DNA of 64,000 nt, from the IMG/VR virus record IMGVR_UViG_3300023235_000012, positions 1 through 64,000 of that record, one strand, 5' to 3'. Position 1 is the stretch's first letter. Every line of letters starts with the position of its first letter. The notes under the pieces are model-generated. The model was not told where the DNA came from. It saw nothing but the letters and a program-made list of their open reading frames with translations, and searched no databases. The stretch comes from a virus. The position numbers were made by a program, and so were the translations under genes. Below are positions 37,436-47,195 of the stretch, piece after piece.

Positions 37436-37666
37436 TTATTTAGCACAATCTGAACGGATTCCTAATGACTCTAAAGTACATTCATTAGGAACCGTTAGAA
37501 TTTCATAATGGAATCCATCTCCATCAACACCAAGCGCGAATTCATAATCAAGTTGATCGTTATCGTGTTTTTCTGTTTGAGATTTGATCCATTCAGCGTT
37601 GAACGTGTACCTAGTAAAATAAGAACCATCACCGCCATCGGCTACTAAAACAAATAAATTTTTCAT
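37436..37666 (-). CDS. hypothetical protein
   Basis: 76-aa ORF, GAGGA SD, DGGDGS motif. Confidence 0.6.
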   Translation of the reverse strand: MKNLFVLVADGGDGSYFTRYTFNAEWIKSQTEKHDNDQLDYEFALGVDGDGFHYEILTVPNECTLESLGIRSDCAK

Positions 37667-37708
37667 TTTTTCTATTCCTCAAATTCACGAACGATGCTTT
37701 CTCAGATA

Positions 37709-37993
37709 TTATCCGTTCCGGTTGCACCGATCCCTATCACTATTCTTTCGTTGTTTAGCTTTTATCATTCGCTCTTTCTTTCGTTCTAGTGTGTTCAGAA
37801 TATGCGGTCGCAGTGCAAGTTCTTCGTATAATTGGCTTTGAGTGATTTCTTCATTATTATTCTTACTCCAAGTTTTGGGAAAATCCCATTCTCCCATTTC
37901 TTGATTCCATTCCATACGAAAGAAATAGGACCGAAGATCTAAAAGCTGTTGGGTTGAAATTTCTTTAATCGTCTTCTTTTTTGTCTTTTCCAT
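37709..37993 (-). CDS. hypothetical protein
   Basis: EELALRPHI motif; start uncertain. Confidence 0.55.
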   Translation of the reverse strand: MEKTKKKTIKEISTQQLLDLRSYFFRMEWNQEMGEWDFPKTWSKNNNEEITQSQLYEELALRPHILNTLERKKERMIKAKQRKNSDRDRCNRNG

Positions 37994-37998
37994 AATCT

Positions 37999-38889
37999 TC
38001 ACCTGTGACATTTGATAATTTCTTCAAGTTCTCGAACCAATCGGCCGTGCTTATCTTCTTCGCTAACCGCGGCACTCAGACTTCCGTAATGAATTTCCAA
38101 ACATTCCAATAGCAAGGTTTTAATCTTCTCTTCGTCAGGTTTGATCGGCAGAGTGCTATTGGCGAACAAAGTCTCCAAGCTCTTTTCCTTCTCATCTGCC
38201 CACGTATTGAGTTTTTCGAGACTCCATTCGCCTCTCCGAATAGCTCGATAAACTTCACCATCACGGTCGAGAACCAAATCACCAGTGCTCAGGATCTGCT
38301 CTGCTTCTAGCAGCAGCCGTACGACATGGTATCCGAATTTCAGATCCCAGCCATGCTCGTCAATGCTTGCCTGGCGTTTAGGGTTAGCTCTGTTGCTGCC
38401 CTTATTGATCTTGCTCATCTGTGAAAAGCTATATCCTCGAAATTTATGATACGCCCCTTTGTGAAGGAACATCTTCCTCTTTTCACGAATCCGTTCATAG
38501 ATTTCCGTACTATGAAGCACACAGCGTCGAGGCAGGAACAGGTTGTCCACCATGTTTGGGTTGTTTTCCATTACAAGATTAAAGAACTTAACGATGCTGA
38601 AAATCGTCAGATCGTATTCTTTCCGTTCTTCAGGAACCTTAATATGATGCTGCTGATATTGATAAAATCGTTTGATCTGTCGACCAAAGCCTGGAATTTC
38701 ACCCGCAAGATGGGGGAAAACTAGGCCCTTAGGCGGCATACAAAAACCAACGATATCAACATCACTGTTATCAGTGCTTGCACCATAAGCAACACTCCCG
38801 GTCCAACCTTCAAACATCGTGTTGTTAGGCAACCAAGCCGGAGCGTTGATCAAATTCTTGTTAGACAGTTTGGCTAGTACGCTTGCCAT
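37999..38889 (-). CDS. nucleotidyltransferase, YcgL/RlaP-like
   Basis: GSVAYG.STDNSDVDI.G, NNPN, KFGYHVVRLL. Confidence 0.85.
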   Translation of the reverse strand: MASVLAKLSNKNLINAPAWLPNNTMFEGWTGSVAYGASTDNSDVDIVGFCMPPKGLVFPHLAGEIPGFGRQIKRFYQYQQHHIKVPEERKEYDLTIFSIVKFFNLVMENNPNMVDNLFLPRRCVLHSTEIYERIREKRKMFLHKGAYHKFRGYSFSQMSKINKGSNRANPKRQASIDEHGWDLKFGYHVVRLLLEAEQILSTGDLVLDRDGEVYRAIRRGEWSLEKLNTWADEKEKSLETLFANSTLPIKPDEEKIKTLLLECLEIHYGSLSAAVSEEDKHGRLVRELEEIIKCHR

Positions 38890-39128
38890 TTTAATCTTTT
38901 CTCGCTGCAATCATATGTTTGAAATCAAACTTTGGAATTAAATCTGGATTCTCAAATCAAGGGTTACAAACCGATAATCGTCATCGTCTTCGCAACAGAC
39001 AGTAAGTGCCTTGCCAAAGTCTTCGTACATTGCTTCGATTAAATTGGTCATTGACTTTCTCCTTCATCTTATTCATTATAGTAACACAACCAGGAGATTT
39101 GTCAAGCGTTATTTTCGATTATTTTCGA

Positions 39129-39410
39129 TTATTTTCGTTCTTCTGGCTCACCACAGATCAGACATTCATCATTAAGTGGATCTTGAATATAATCATATAC
39201 GCATGTTCCACTTGGACTTTCTTCACACTTCCAATGACCAATCATTAATCTTTTATGATTTTCATGCATGCCGAGATTGGACGCAATTTCTTGACGAAGA
39301 TTCTTATTATGATATTCAATCACTTCGATTAGAGGAGCTATCTGTTCGACTTCGATCTTGCGGAGAGCTTTTTCCGCAATGTTAATCTGCTCTTGTGAAT
39401 TACTGATCAT
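39129..39410 (-). CDS. hypothetical Cys-containing protein
   Basis: C..SP.G.CVY..CLICG.PEERK. Confidence 0.6.
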   Translation of the reverse strand: MISNSQEQINIAEKALRKIEVEQIAPLIEVIEYHNKNLRQEIASNLGMHENHKRLMIGHWKCEESPSGTCVYDYIQDPLNDECLICGEPEERK

Positions 39411-39628
39411 TTCTTTTCCTTATTTGGATTAGTCATTTTTTCGGTTGCTCTGCTAGGGCGACTCTTTTCCCTTCTTCAAAAGATTGTCTAAGTAAATCAA
39501 CAATCATATCTTCAACTGTTAGCATAGTGTCATGAACAATTGCGATGCGGGCTAGATTACTCACAAATCTAGCTTTTTCTTCTGGTGTCTTCTTTGCCAA
39601 ATTAGGCATAAACTTTCTTTCTTTTGTT

Positions 39629-39947
39629 TTAATTACATCTAATCTTGAAACATTTCAAGCATAATTCTCCACCTGAAACCGTACTATTTTGTTGCATCCA
39701 CCCAATTATGATTACATTCGTTTGAACAATCTTCAATCATTCTGCGATAGATATTATTTATGGTTTTGGGTTTATTGAAAAGATCACACCCTAATTTTGT
39801 ACGTTGAGATTCTACTCCTGCCTCGATGCCATTTTGCAACATCTCCTCAGTCGGTTCAAGCGGAACAATTACAAAACCCTGTCGATGAAGTTCATCGACA
39901 TCAATATCCAATGCTTTTATCAATTCTTCTTTATTGAACATCGTCAT
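39629..39947 (-). pseudogene. small gene with +1 frameshift splitting a zinc-ribbon motif
   Basis: CNHNWVDAT continues as NSTVSGGELCLKCFKIRCN* if one A of run 39687-39690 is removed. Confidence 0.5.
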
Positions 39948-39998
39948 AAAATATCTTCTCCTCAGTTTCCAAGTTAATGAATCAGTTGGTAATGAATA

Positions 39999-40580
39999 TT
40001 AATCTTGTTTTGATTCCGGCACGTCGACATATTCTCTTTTCGGAATATATGGAAAAGCAATGTTTACTCGACTATCTCGATTGGTGAAACACATACCGTC
40101 TGGTTCACGGAATACTCTTCCATCAATGTCATATGCTTGATCGTTTTCTTTGAATACGTGACTGCATCTTTTATTTTGGAAAATGCCTTCGCCGCACTCA
40201 ATCCATTCGTCATCACCACCGGTAAGTGGAGTTAATGGTTCGAACATGGCCAAATCTTTGAATAAGTTTACTGCGATACCAGCGCTCATACCTGAATGAC
40301 CTTCATCACTAAATTGACGTATCATCGATAAAACTGCATTGGGCATCATATCTCCGTACATTGCATCATCATCAAACCAGCCCGCGCGTTGCAGCTCTTC
40401 ACGAGCATAAATCTCTGAATTACCAGGTTTATAACCAATCCATTTTAGACGTTCGCATGCATTGCGCATGTTATGTACCATACCGTCCCGAATGTCAAAT
40501 AACATCCGTTGAATTTTTGACGAAATAGTTTCTTTATATTCACATCTTTCGGCTGAAGCTGCAATTTGGTTTGACATCAT
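39999..40580 (-). CDS. hypothetical phage protein
   Basis: GHSGMSA, PLTPLTG.DDEW, QNKRCSHVF. Confidence 0.75.
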   Translation of the reverse strand: MMSNQIAASAERCEYKETISSKIQRMLFDIRDGMVHNMRNACERLKWIGYKPGNSEIYAREELQRAGWFDDDAMYGDMMPNAVLSMIRQFSDEGHSGMSAGIAVNLFKDLAMFEPLTPLTGGDDEWIECGEGIFQNKRCSHVFKENDQAYDIDGRVFREPDGMCFTNRDSRVNIAFPYIPKREYVDVPESKQD

Positions 40581-40653
40581 TTCTCCATCTGATGTTTAAC
40601 TATATTTTCTTTTAAAGGTTAACACAGAACAAGATAGATATCAAAATATCATT

Positions 40654-41307
40654 TTATGTCCAAAGTGAATGGAAGTATTTCCCGAACAAAAGGAAACCAT
40701 TGGCCATCCGTTCTTGATGAGCTCTGATTCCTTTTTCGTCGTGTTTACCTTCTTCAATCCAACGAACAGGTTTAGATTTTTTGCCTTCATCTTCAGGATA
40801 CTTCTTGTCGTCTAATTCTGGGTATTTTTCCCAGAATTGATCTTCCCAGTCAATAGTGTTCTGTTCGAAGGCCCAGATCATTTCGTCCAAAATCCATTCC
40901 CATCGTTTGAAAAAATTATCATCTGTATCCCATTTGTTTTTTAATGCTGAAGTATTAGTTGAACGAAGCTCTTCAGGAACGTCTTCATCGTTGACGAATG
41001 GAGCACCGACCTTCCTTTCTTTCAACTGCTTAAGCAGTGGGAGGATGATAATGGAAAGTGTGTGGTCCATTGACCAGATGTCATATGGATCAATTCGGAT
41101 TTTGATTTTTCGTTCTCGTCTTTCGTGAATCCAATTGCACCAATCACCTAGCCGACTATCAGCAAGTTTTTCACCGAAAGCATGGACCCAATCTGGCTTT
41201 TCCAAAATTCCGAGCTCATCTTTCTGCAATGGTACCCAAAAACAGAGCAGATCAGCTATTTGATAAGGTCCCCAATATTTTAAAAACGGGCCTATTCTGA
41301 CTTTCAT
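40654..41307 (-). CDS. hypothetical phage protein
   Basis: DIWSMDHTL, RWEWILDEMIWAF, LFGKYF. Confidence 0.8.
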   Translation of the reverse strand: MKVRIGPFLKYWGPYQIADLLCFWVPLQKDELGILEKPDWVHAFGEKLADSRLGDWCNWIHERRERKIKIRIDPYDIWSMDHTLSIIILPLLKQLKERKVGAPFVNDEDVPEELRSTNTSALKNKWDTDDNFFKRWEWILDEMIWAFEQNTIDWEDQFWEKYPELDDKKYPEDEGKKSKPVRWIEEGKHDEKGIRAHQERMANGFLLFGKYFHSLWT

Positions 41308-41537
41308 GTTCCTATTTCTTCTTTCTCAAAGTTCATAATTGCTAGTTTCATCTGAAGAGTGTCTTCGACGCCATCGTCATCAACTTCAAGTGACCATTTT
41401 TCGATGATTTCGAGTGGATCCCATCCTCGCTTTTTTAGCAGGCGCATCGCTTGAATCGTTTTATAATAGCTCTGATTTTCTGCCATTTCTATTCTCCTTA
41501 ACTTATAATATAAAGTAGAACAAGGAGATTGTCAATA

Positions 41538-42008
41538 TTATTGAACAAGCCCCATCAAATAGCCTTCACCTTTAACTAACGAGATAGATTCTTTTCTGTT
41601 GATTTTGGGAGAGACATAAGAGCAATGAACCCATCCTGCGGTTGGGACTCCTCGTTGCGCAAATTCAAGGATGAGCTGATCGAAGTCTAAATAGTTTTCT
41701 ATAAAACTAGCAAGATCAAAATTTGAAATCCCTGGGATTTCAAAATCTACTGCCTCACCCTTGGCGTGTTGACTAGTATCTTTTGAACCAATTTTTCTGT
41801 TAAGTTCTAAACAACGGAAACCAGAATTAGGCGAGAATGGAATCCCAAAATGATCCCGACATGGCTGAAGAATATTAATAGCAATTAATTTGAGTTTTTG
41901 GATGATGAGTTTATCAGTTGGCCAGTTGTCAATTCCGTGACGATCAGCGGTGCTTGACTTAACCATTTCGGCTAGAGTAAAATTAGAAGATAGGCGAATA
42001 TTTTCCAT
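41538..42008 (-). CDS. peptidase M15A family endolysin
   Basis: LSSNFTLAEM, SGFRC.ELN..IG, SQHAKGEAVD, WVHCSY. Confidence 0.88.
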   Translation of the reverse strand: MENIRLSSNFTLAEMVKSSTADRHGIDNWPTDKLIIQKLKLIAINILQPCRDHFGIPFSPNSGFRCLELNRKIGSKDTSQHAKGEAVDFEIPGISNFDLASFIENYLDFDQLILEFAQRGVPTAGWVHCSYVSPKINRKESISLVKGEGYLMGLVQ

Positions 42009-42023
42009 TGTATCCTCGTTTGG

Positions 42024-44498
42024 TTATTTTGCTAAAGCAGAGACTCTGCTAAGAATAGGTAAATCATTGTGGTTGTTCTGGCTTACCGTTACATCTGATT
42101 CAGTTTTTAATGCAATATCGGCCATCGCCAAGAAGATATAATCACCACCATTGCGGTTTATCTGATCATCAGCTGTTCTAATTTTGAAACCATTGAAGAG
42201 AAAATCTATTTCTTCACTTCCAGTAGTCTCAGCGGTGTTGATTTCAGCTAGTAGCTGATCGTCCATCTCGTTAAATGTACTTCTAGATGTATCATACATG
42301 AACCAAGATCCAATCACATCCAATCTTTTGATAAGAACAAATCTTGATTTGAAACCCGTATGAGCGTAAGCGCCGTCGACCAAACCATTACCAGTATAGC
42401 TTCCTACTTTGCAAACTCCATCAACTGATCGAAAAGCATAGCAGATTATAGGATCCGGTGACCCGTTGGATCTATTATGGGTTCCTAAGGTGATAACACT
42501 GGCATCTGCATCAATATCATTGAAAAGCTGTGAACTTACATTCGTAATGGCGCTAGTGGTAGGAGTCAAATAATTAGTTCCGCCATAAATCAAGGTTTCT
42601 TGTGCAGTCCAATCTTCTACATCACTTAAATTCTTGAACATCATAAATTGTGGTACACCCTGAAGACCATGACCTATAGTCGCACCGCCTGTTCCATTAC
42701 CCGTATAACTGATAATACTGAAATGACCAGGTTCAGCTACGCTAACGGTGCTAGTGATAGAGCCCGAAGAGTTGGTAACTCCTGTTCCGCCACCTGCTAA
42801 CCAATTCCAAGAAACATAATCTTCTAAATTAGTGTTTACTTTGACATCGGCACCTAAAGAAAAACCATCACTGTCAAATGACGTGATCGTATCAGCGTCT
42901 GTTGCTTCGGCTATCGTGGTATCGATACTGATTATTTCTCCGGCTCCTCTTATAGAATCGGTTAGAACATGACTGTCGGCGGCTGTGCGATTTTTGATCC
43001 AAATCAAATCGGGTTGAAAACCCAAACCAGTGATGCTTTTTGTTGAACCGTTTCCTTCATAAGTGCTAGCTTGAAAATAATCATTAGCAAGATATGCTGC
43101 TTTCGGAATACTTGAGATTTTTAAAATTTTCTCATTACTTGGAGCAGTTGCACCAAAATCCCAATCTTGAATTGAAGATCCACTACCATCAGCATATCCA
43201 CTTGCAAAGGTTACCGCCACCGTATTATCAAAGCTAATAGGTCCCTGGCTACTGCCATTCTTCCAGAAGGTCACTTCACCATTATCAGTATCTATTTTAA
43301 TACCGATAAGAGTAAGTGTTCCATAGCTTTCACCATATGTTGTACCAGTCCCATTAATATATTTTTTTCCATTTAAGGAATATCCGATAGAAACTAAACC
43401 TGTCGCTGCATCTCCTGGATAACGAGTGATGGTGCTTCTATAATAGAAACCTTCTCCAACGATTCCAACCATTGCTCCAGATACATTAGTCGTCATTGTT
43501 ACTTCGGCATAATAACTTCCAGAATTTGGAGGAGCAAAAATTGAAGCTTGAGCACATCCTTGCCGTGAACTGCGCCATCGCAATGCACCGTCCGAAATCG
43601 TACCGTCATTAGTCAATATATTGAGAACTGTTTTTTGATTTGACGGAGTGTCGTCTGTTCCATTAGTAGCATGATCCATTATGGTTGGAGTAAATCCATT
43701 CCCATTTCCACTTGCATCAGTTCCGTCACCTATTCCATCTGTCAAACAGAACGCATTGCCACCTAAAGAAGTAGCTAAGGCCGTTATTTCTTCATCTGAC
43801 CGTGGAGTCCATTCTTGTCTTCCGGAGCCTACTGTTCTAAAAATTCCGAAATCAGTCACAGCGTGATCACTATTCTGAATTGACACCTGCGGTAATCCTA
43901 AAACCTGAGAGATGTATATCGCTCCAAAAGCTGAAGCACTATCTTTTCCGATGCGGATTTTATTGACTGTATTGAACCAAGATGGGTTCGCTGTAATCGC
44001 TACGTCTGTTCCCCAAGTTATTTCTAAACCATTAACATAAACAGAAAGATCAGGAGATCCACCTTGTTCTACACTTACAACGAAATGATACCAACCAGTA
44101 TCTCTAAAGACTTGATCACTGACATGGGCATTATTATTTAGATTGACTCGTAGCTTATCATCGGCATCAAATCTAATAATTTCTTCATTGCCACTGACAT
44201 CAGTGCAGATAATTGGAGAAGTTCCTGCAGCCGAAATTTCTGTTCTTTTTACCCAAAATGAAAGGATAAATCTGACGCTTTCTTCATCGACGCCAAAAAG
44301 ACTAGTCTGCTCTAACATCTCATCAGTTCCGTTAAACCAGGCCGATTGATTAATCTCACCCTGGTTTAACGTATTCCATACTCCAGCTTCTTGATATTGC
44401 TGAACCCTGGACAAACCCCAAGGTCTTGCGAAATTTCCACTAACTTGATCCTGGAGTTCTTTAGCCTGAGAAGCTGTCAATACTGTCTTTTGTGTCAT
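42024..44498 (-). CDS. tail fibre/receptor-binding protein with LamG and SPRY-like domains
   Basis: FRDTGWYHFVV, YYAEV, GFQPDLIWIKNR, YTGNG repeats. Confidence 0.8.
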   Translation of the reverse strand: MTQKTVLTASQAKELQDQVSGNFARPWGLSRVQQYQEAGVWNTLNQGEINQSAWFNGTDEMLEQTSLFGVDEESVRFILSFWVKRTEISAAGTSPIICTDVSGNEEIIRFDADDKLRVNLNNNAHVSDQVFRDTGWYHFVVSVEQGGSPDLSVYVNGLEITWGTDVAITANPSWFNTVNKIRIGKDSASAFGAIYISQVLGLPQVSIQNSDHAVTDFGIFRTVGSGRQEWTPRSDEEITALATSLGGNAFCLTDGIGDGTDASGNGNGFTPTIMDHATNGTDDTPSNQKTVLNILTNDGTISDGALRWRSSRQGCAQASIFAPPNSGSYYAEVTMTTNVSGAMVGIVGEGFYYRSTITRYPGDAATGLVSIGYSLNGKKYINGTGTTYGESYGTLTLIGIKIDTDNGEVTFWKNGSSQGPISFDNTVAVTFASGYADGSGSSIQDWDFGATAPSNEKILKISSIPKAAYLANDYFQASTYEGNGSTKSITGLGFQPDLIWIKNRTAADSHVLTDSIRGAGEIISIDTTIAEATDADTITSFDSDGFSLGADVKVNTNLEDYVSWNWLAGGGTGVTNSSGSITSTVSVAEPGHFSIISYTGNGTGGATIGHGLQGVPQFMMFKNLSDVEDWTAQETLIYGGTNYLTPTTSAITNVSSQLFNDIDADASVITLGTHNRSNGSPDPIICYAFRSVDGVCKVGSYTGNGLVDGAYAHTGFKSRFVLIKRLDVIGSWFMYDTSRSTFNEMDDQLLAEINTAETTGSEEIDFLFNGFKIRTADDQINRNGGDYIFLAMADIALKTESDVTVSQNNHNDLPILSRVSALAK

Positions 44499-44506
44499 TT
44501 TCTTCC

Positions 44507-45202
44507 TTACTTATTTCGGCCGGAAAGGATTGCGTCTAATCTGTTTGCGTCGCCTGCTTGAACCTGAACAGTATCTCCTGACAGAATTGCCTTCGGCTTT
44601 TCTAGGATTTCAATAGAGCTGTTTGCAGGGATGATCAGAGTTTTGACCCAATCGATTAAAGTTGCGGCAGAGTTGGTTGTCCATGTAACCGTTCCGGTCG
44701 TATCAGAACCAGAATCGTTCACCAATATCAATGATTCTAACATCTGACCGGTCCCAGTTCCAGTGAATAAAGTGGTCAAGGTGGTGTTCGCCAGGCTTAA
44801 GCTGGCATTAAAATGTTCAGTGTCTGCCGCCAATTCAATACCTGAAACAGAAATATCAATGACGCTTGTAACAGAACCTAGTGCTCTGATTTTATCACTG
44901 GTTTCTAGAACCTTTGGTTTTACCAAAAGCTCAATCGTTTCTCCTGCAGCAAGTGGCATTTCATGTGCTAGTTTGTATTCAACCGGTCCAGCACTATTGT
45001 CAGAAAGGGTTACCGTAAAAGTCCTGGAAATAGTGTCAGTGTTCGTGACCTGGATACTATAAACAAGAGTACGAGTAGAAGCTGGTGTGGTATAAACATC
45101 AGCGTTTGATCCCGTAAGAGTAGCCTCTCCTAAATCAGAAACATTCGTATTAAAGTGATCGACTTGGACATCAACCATTGAATTGTGGATTCTTTCTAGC
45201 AT
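44507..45202 (-). CDS. tail-associated structural protein (two internal repeats)
   Basis: Duplicated KPK.L..GD.I module; TAAATA at 45281-45286. Confidence 0.7.
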   Translation of the reverse strand: MLERIHNSMVDVQVDHFNTNVSDLGEATLTGSNADVYTTPASTRTLVYSIQVTNTDTISRTFTVTLSDNSAGPVEYKLAHEMPLAAGETIELLVKPKVLETSDKIRALGSVTSVIDISVSGIELAADTEHFNASLSLANTTLTTLFTGTGTGQMLESLILVNDSGSDTTGTVTWTTNSAATLIDWVKTLIIPANSSIEILEKPKAILSGDTVQVQAGDANRLDAILSGRNK

Positions 45203-45280
45203 TTTCTTCCCTCTTGGAGTTAGACACCATTCGTATTAATAGTTCATGTGGTTTCATTCTGTTTTGAAACCTTCTAACCT

Positions 45281-45302
45281 TATTTAGTCGATACAATAAA
45301 TA
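45281..45302. promoter_or_regulatory. back-to-back TAAATA late promoter motifs
   Basis: TAAATA minus 45281-45286 and plus 45297-45302 between divergent tail gene sets. Confidence 0.65.
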
Positions 45303-45330
45303 CAGTTAGAATCAAATAATAGGGGACACT

Positions 45331-46290
45331 ATGTCTTATATTGGGATAGCAAAAGAATCATCTTTACATCTTGGAAGAACTGATTTTGGCAGAGATCGGA
45401 CCAGTAATATGGTCATCGATCGCTTCACTTCAGATGGAACAATTGGACCCTACGTCCTATCAGAATTCGTCCCTTTAGGTGATTTCAATTCTACCACGAA
45501 AGAAGATGGGGTCGATGTTTGGGTTGGCGGTGCTTTTCAAGCATCTGACGGTTATTCCATTGACGGATTGAGCCTAACTTTTGATAACGTACCATCGTTT
45601 GGGCTCGATATTGTTGTCAAACATCGATTTGTAAAATTAGCTGAAGGCTCTGTCGCCAAAAGATCAGTAAGTGACGATTCGATTGCCGACGATGCACTGA
45701 CACTCGTAAAGATGAAGAATCAAACGAGCGATGGTCTGTTGGGTTGGGGAGCTGATGGAACGGCCGCATTGATTAATCTTCCAGGAACTACGGACCAGAA
45801 CAAAACAAATATAGCATTGAATAAATTTCGTACCATCAGAAACAACGGACTGACGGTTCAAGGAATGATCGACGGTATCGCAGATGAATTCAATGATGAA
45901 ACCGGCATTGACACTACAACATCAACCAACGAAACTTTCGTGACTGGTTATTACATCAACTCTTCTGGTATTGTTATGAATCTAGCTTCAATCCTCTTTA
46001 CGGCAAATAATCAACCCGAAGAAGCTTATGTTGTCGTCTCACATGAATTTATTGATTCAGGAAACATCAATTCTGACTTTGTCATTGAAGCTTCTAGAGA
46101 CAATGGAACAACTTGGACAACGGCAATTTTAACCGATACTTCGCTTGATGTTGATGGGACTGGGATAAAAACACTGTCTAGTTTTATCGATCTCTCATCT
46201 CAACCAGTCGGAACTTACATGAAGTACCGGATAAAGACGGCGAATAGCGTCGAACAGAAATTTCACGGCGTCAGCCTTCAGTGGAGATAA
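45331..46290 (+). CDS. tail-associated protein, paralog 1
   Basis: DVWVGG.FQ N-module; SRDNG.T and HGVSLQWR C-module. Confidence 0.75.
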   Translation: MSYIGIAKESSLHLGRTDFGRDRTSNMVIDRFTSDGTIGPYVLSEFVPLGDFNSTTKEDGVDVWVGGAFQASDGYSIDGLSLTFDNVPSFGLDIVVKHRFVKLAEGSVAKRSVSDDSIADDALTLVKMKNQTSDGLLGWGADGTAALINLPGTTDQNKTNIALNKFRTIRNNGLTVQGMIDGIADEFNDETGIDTTTSTNETFVTGYYINSSGIVMNLASILFTANNQPEEAYVVVSHEFIDSGNINSDFVIEASRDNGTTWTTAILTDTSLDVDGTGIKTLSSFIDLSSQPVGTYMKYRIKTANSVEQKFHGVSLQWR

Positions 46291-46293
46291 TAT

Positions 46294-47190
46294 ATGCCTT
46301 TAATGGGAAGACAACCAATCAGGAAAAAATTAGACCATGGTGTCACGGTGGTAACTGGTTCTGGCAGTACCGGGCCTTTTACCACACCAAAAACAGGATC
46401 AGATGAATCGTTTGATGTTTGGGTTGGTGGAGCATGGCAATCGCCAGCGGCTTATAGTGTGACTGGTACCAACTTGACAATGTCTGAAGCTGTTCCTACT
46501 GGTATGTCGATAGTTATCAAGACCAGAGAAGGTCGTCAAGGGACTGCTGTACCGAACGTTGGTATGGTTTCTACTTCAATGATACAGGATGGCGCTTTTG
46601 ATCTTTCCAATTTGGCAGATGGCACGGCAGGTTTCGTTGTTCAGTTTGTTGGTGGAAATCCAACCGGCGTTGACCCAATTGCAGAATCTAGAGAAGATCA
46701 ACGACGAATCATGATAAATTCTATGCGGATTGCAGAGAACAGCGGGCAAGCCATCTATGGAATGAAAGACGGTATATCGGATGTTTTCAACGACGCTACT
46801 GGGTATGATGCCGCTGGCTCGACTAATGAGACTTTTTTTGGTTCAGGGATTACAAACACCTCTCTTGCAATGGTCTTACTATCTGAAGTGTTCACTGCTT
46901 CTGTACAACCAGACGAAGCTTACGTCGTCGTTCAACATAAGGCTTTGGCTGCGACCACCATAAATACTGACATCATAGTGGCTGTTTCAAGGGACAATGG
47001 AGTGACTTTCACAAACGCTACGCTAGTAGATGACGGAACGCTAAGCACTGAAGAATCCGACGGGACTCACAAGATTTTTTCAGCCACTGTTGATATTAGT
47101 GGCCAACCAGCCGGAACGTCAATGCTTTACAGAATTACAACCACCACAGTAGATCAAGAGATTCACGGTGTTGGTCTACAATGGAGATAA
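46294..47190 (+). CDS. tail-associated protein, paralog 2
   Basis: Same N- and C-modules as 45331..46290. Confidence 0.75.
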   Translation: MPLMGRQPIRKKLDHGVTVVTGSGSTGPFTTPKTGSDESFDVWVGGAWQSPAAYSVTGTNLTMSEAVPTGMSIVIKTREGRQGTAVPNVGMVSTSMIQDGAFDLSNLADGTAGFVVQFVGGNPTGVDPIAESREDQRRIMINSMRIAENSGQAIYGMKDGISDVFNDATGYDAAGSTNETFFGSGITNTSLAMVLLSEVFTASVQPDEAYVVVQHKALAATTINTDIIVAVSRDNGVTFTNATLVDDGTLSTEESDGTHKIFSATVDISGQPAGTSMLYRITTTTVDQEIHGVGLQWR

Positions 47191-47195
47191 CATAG

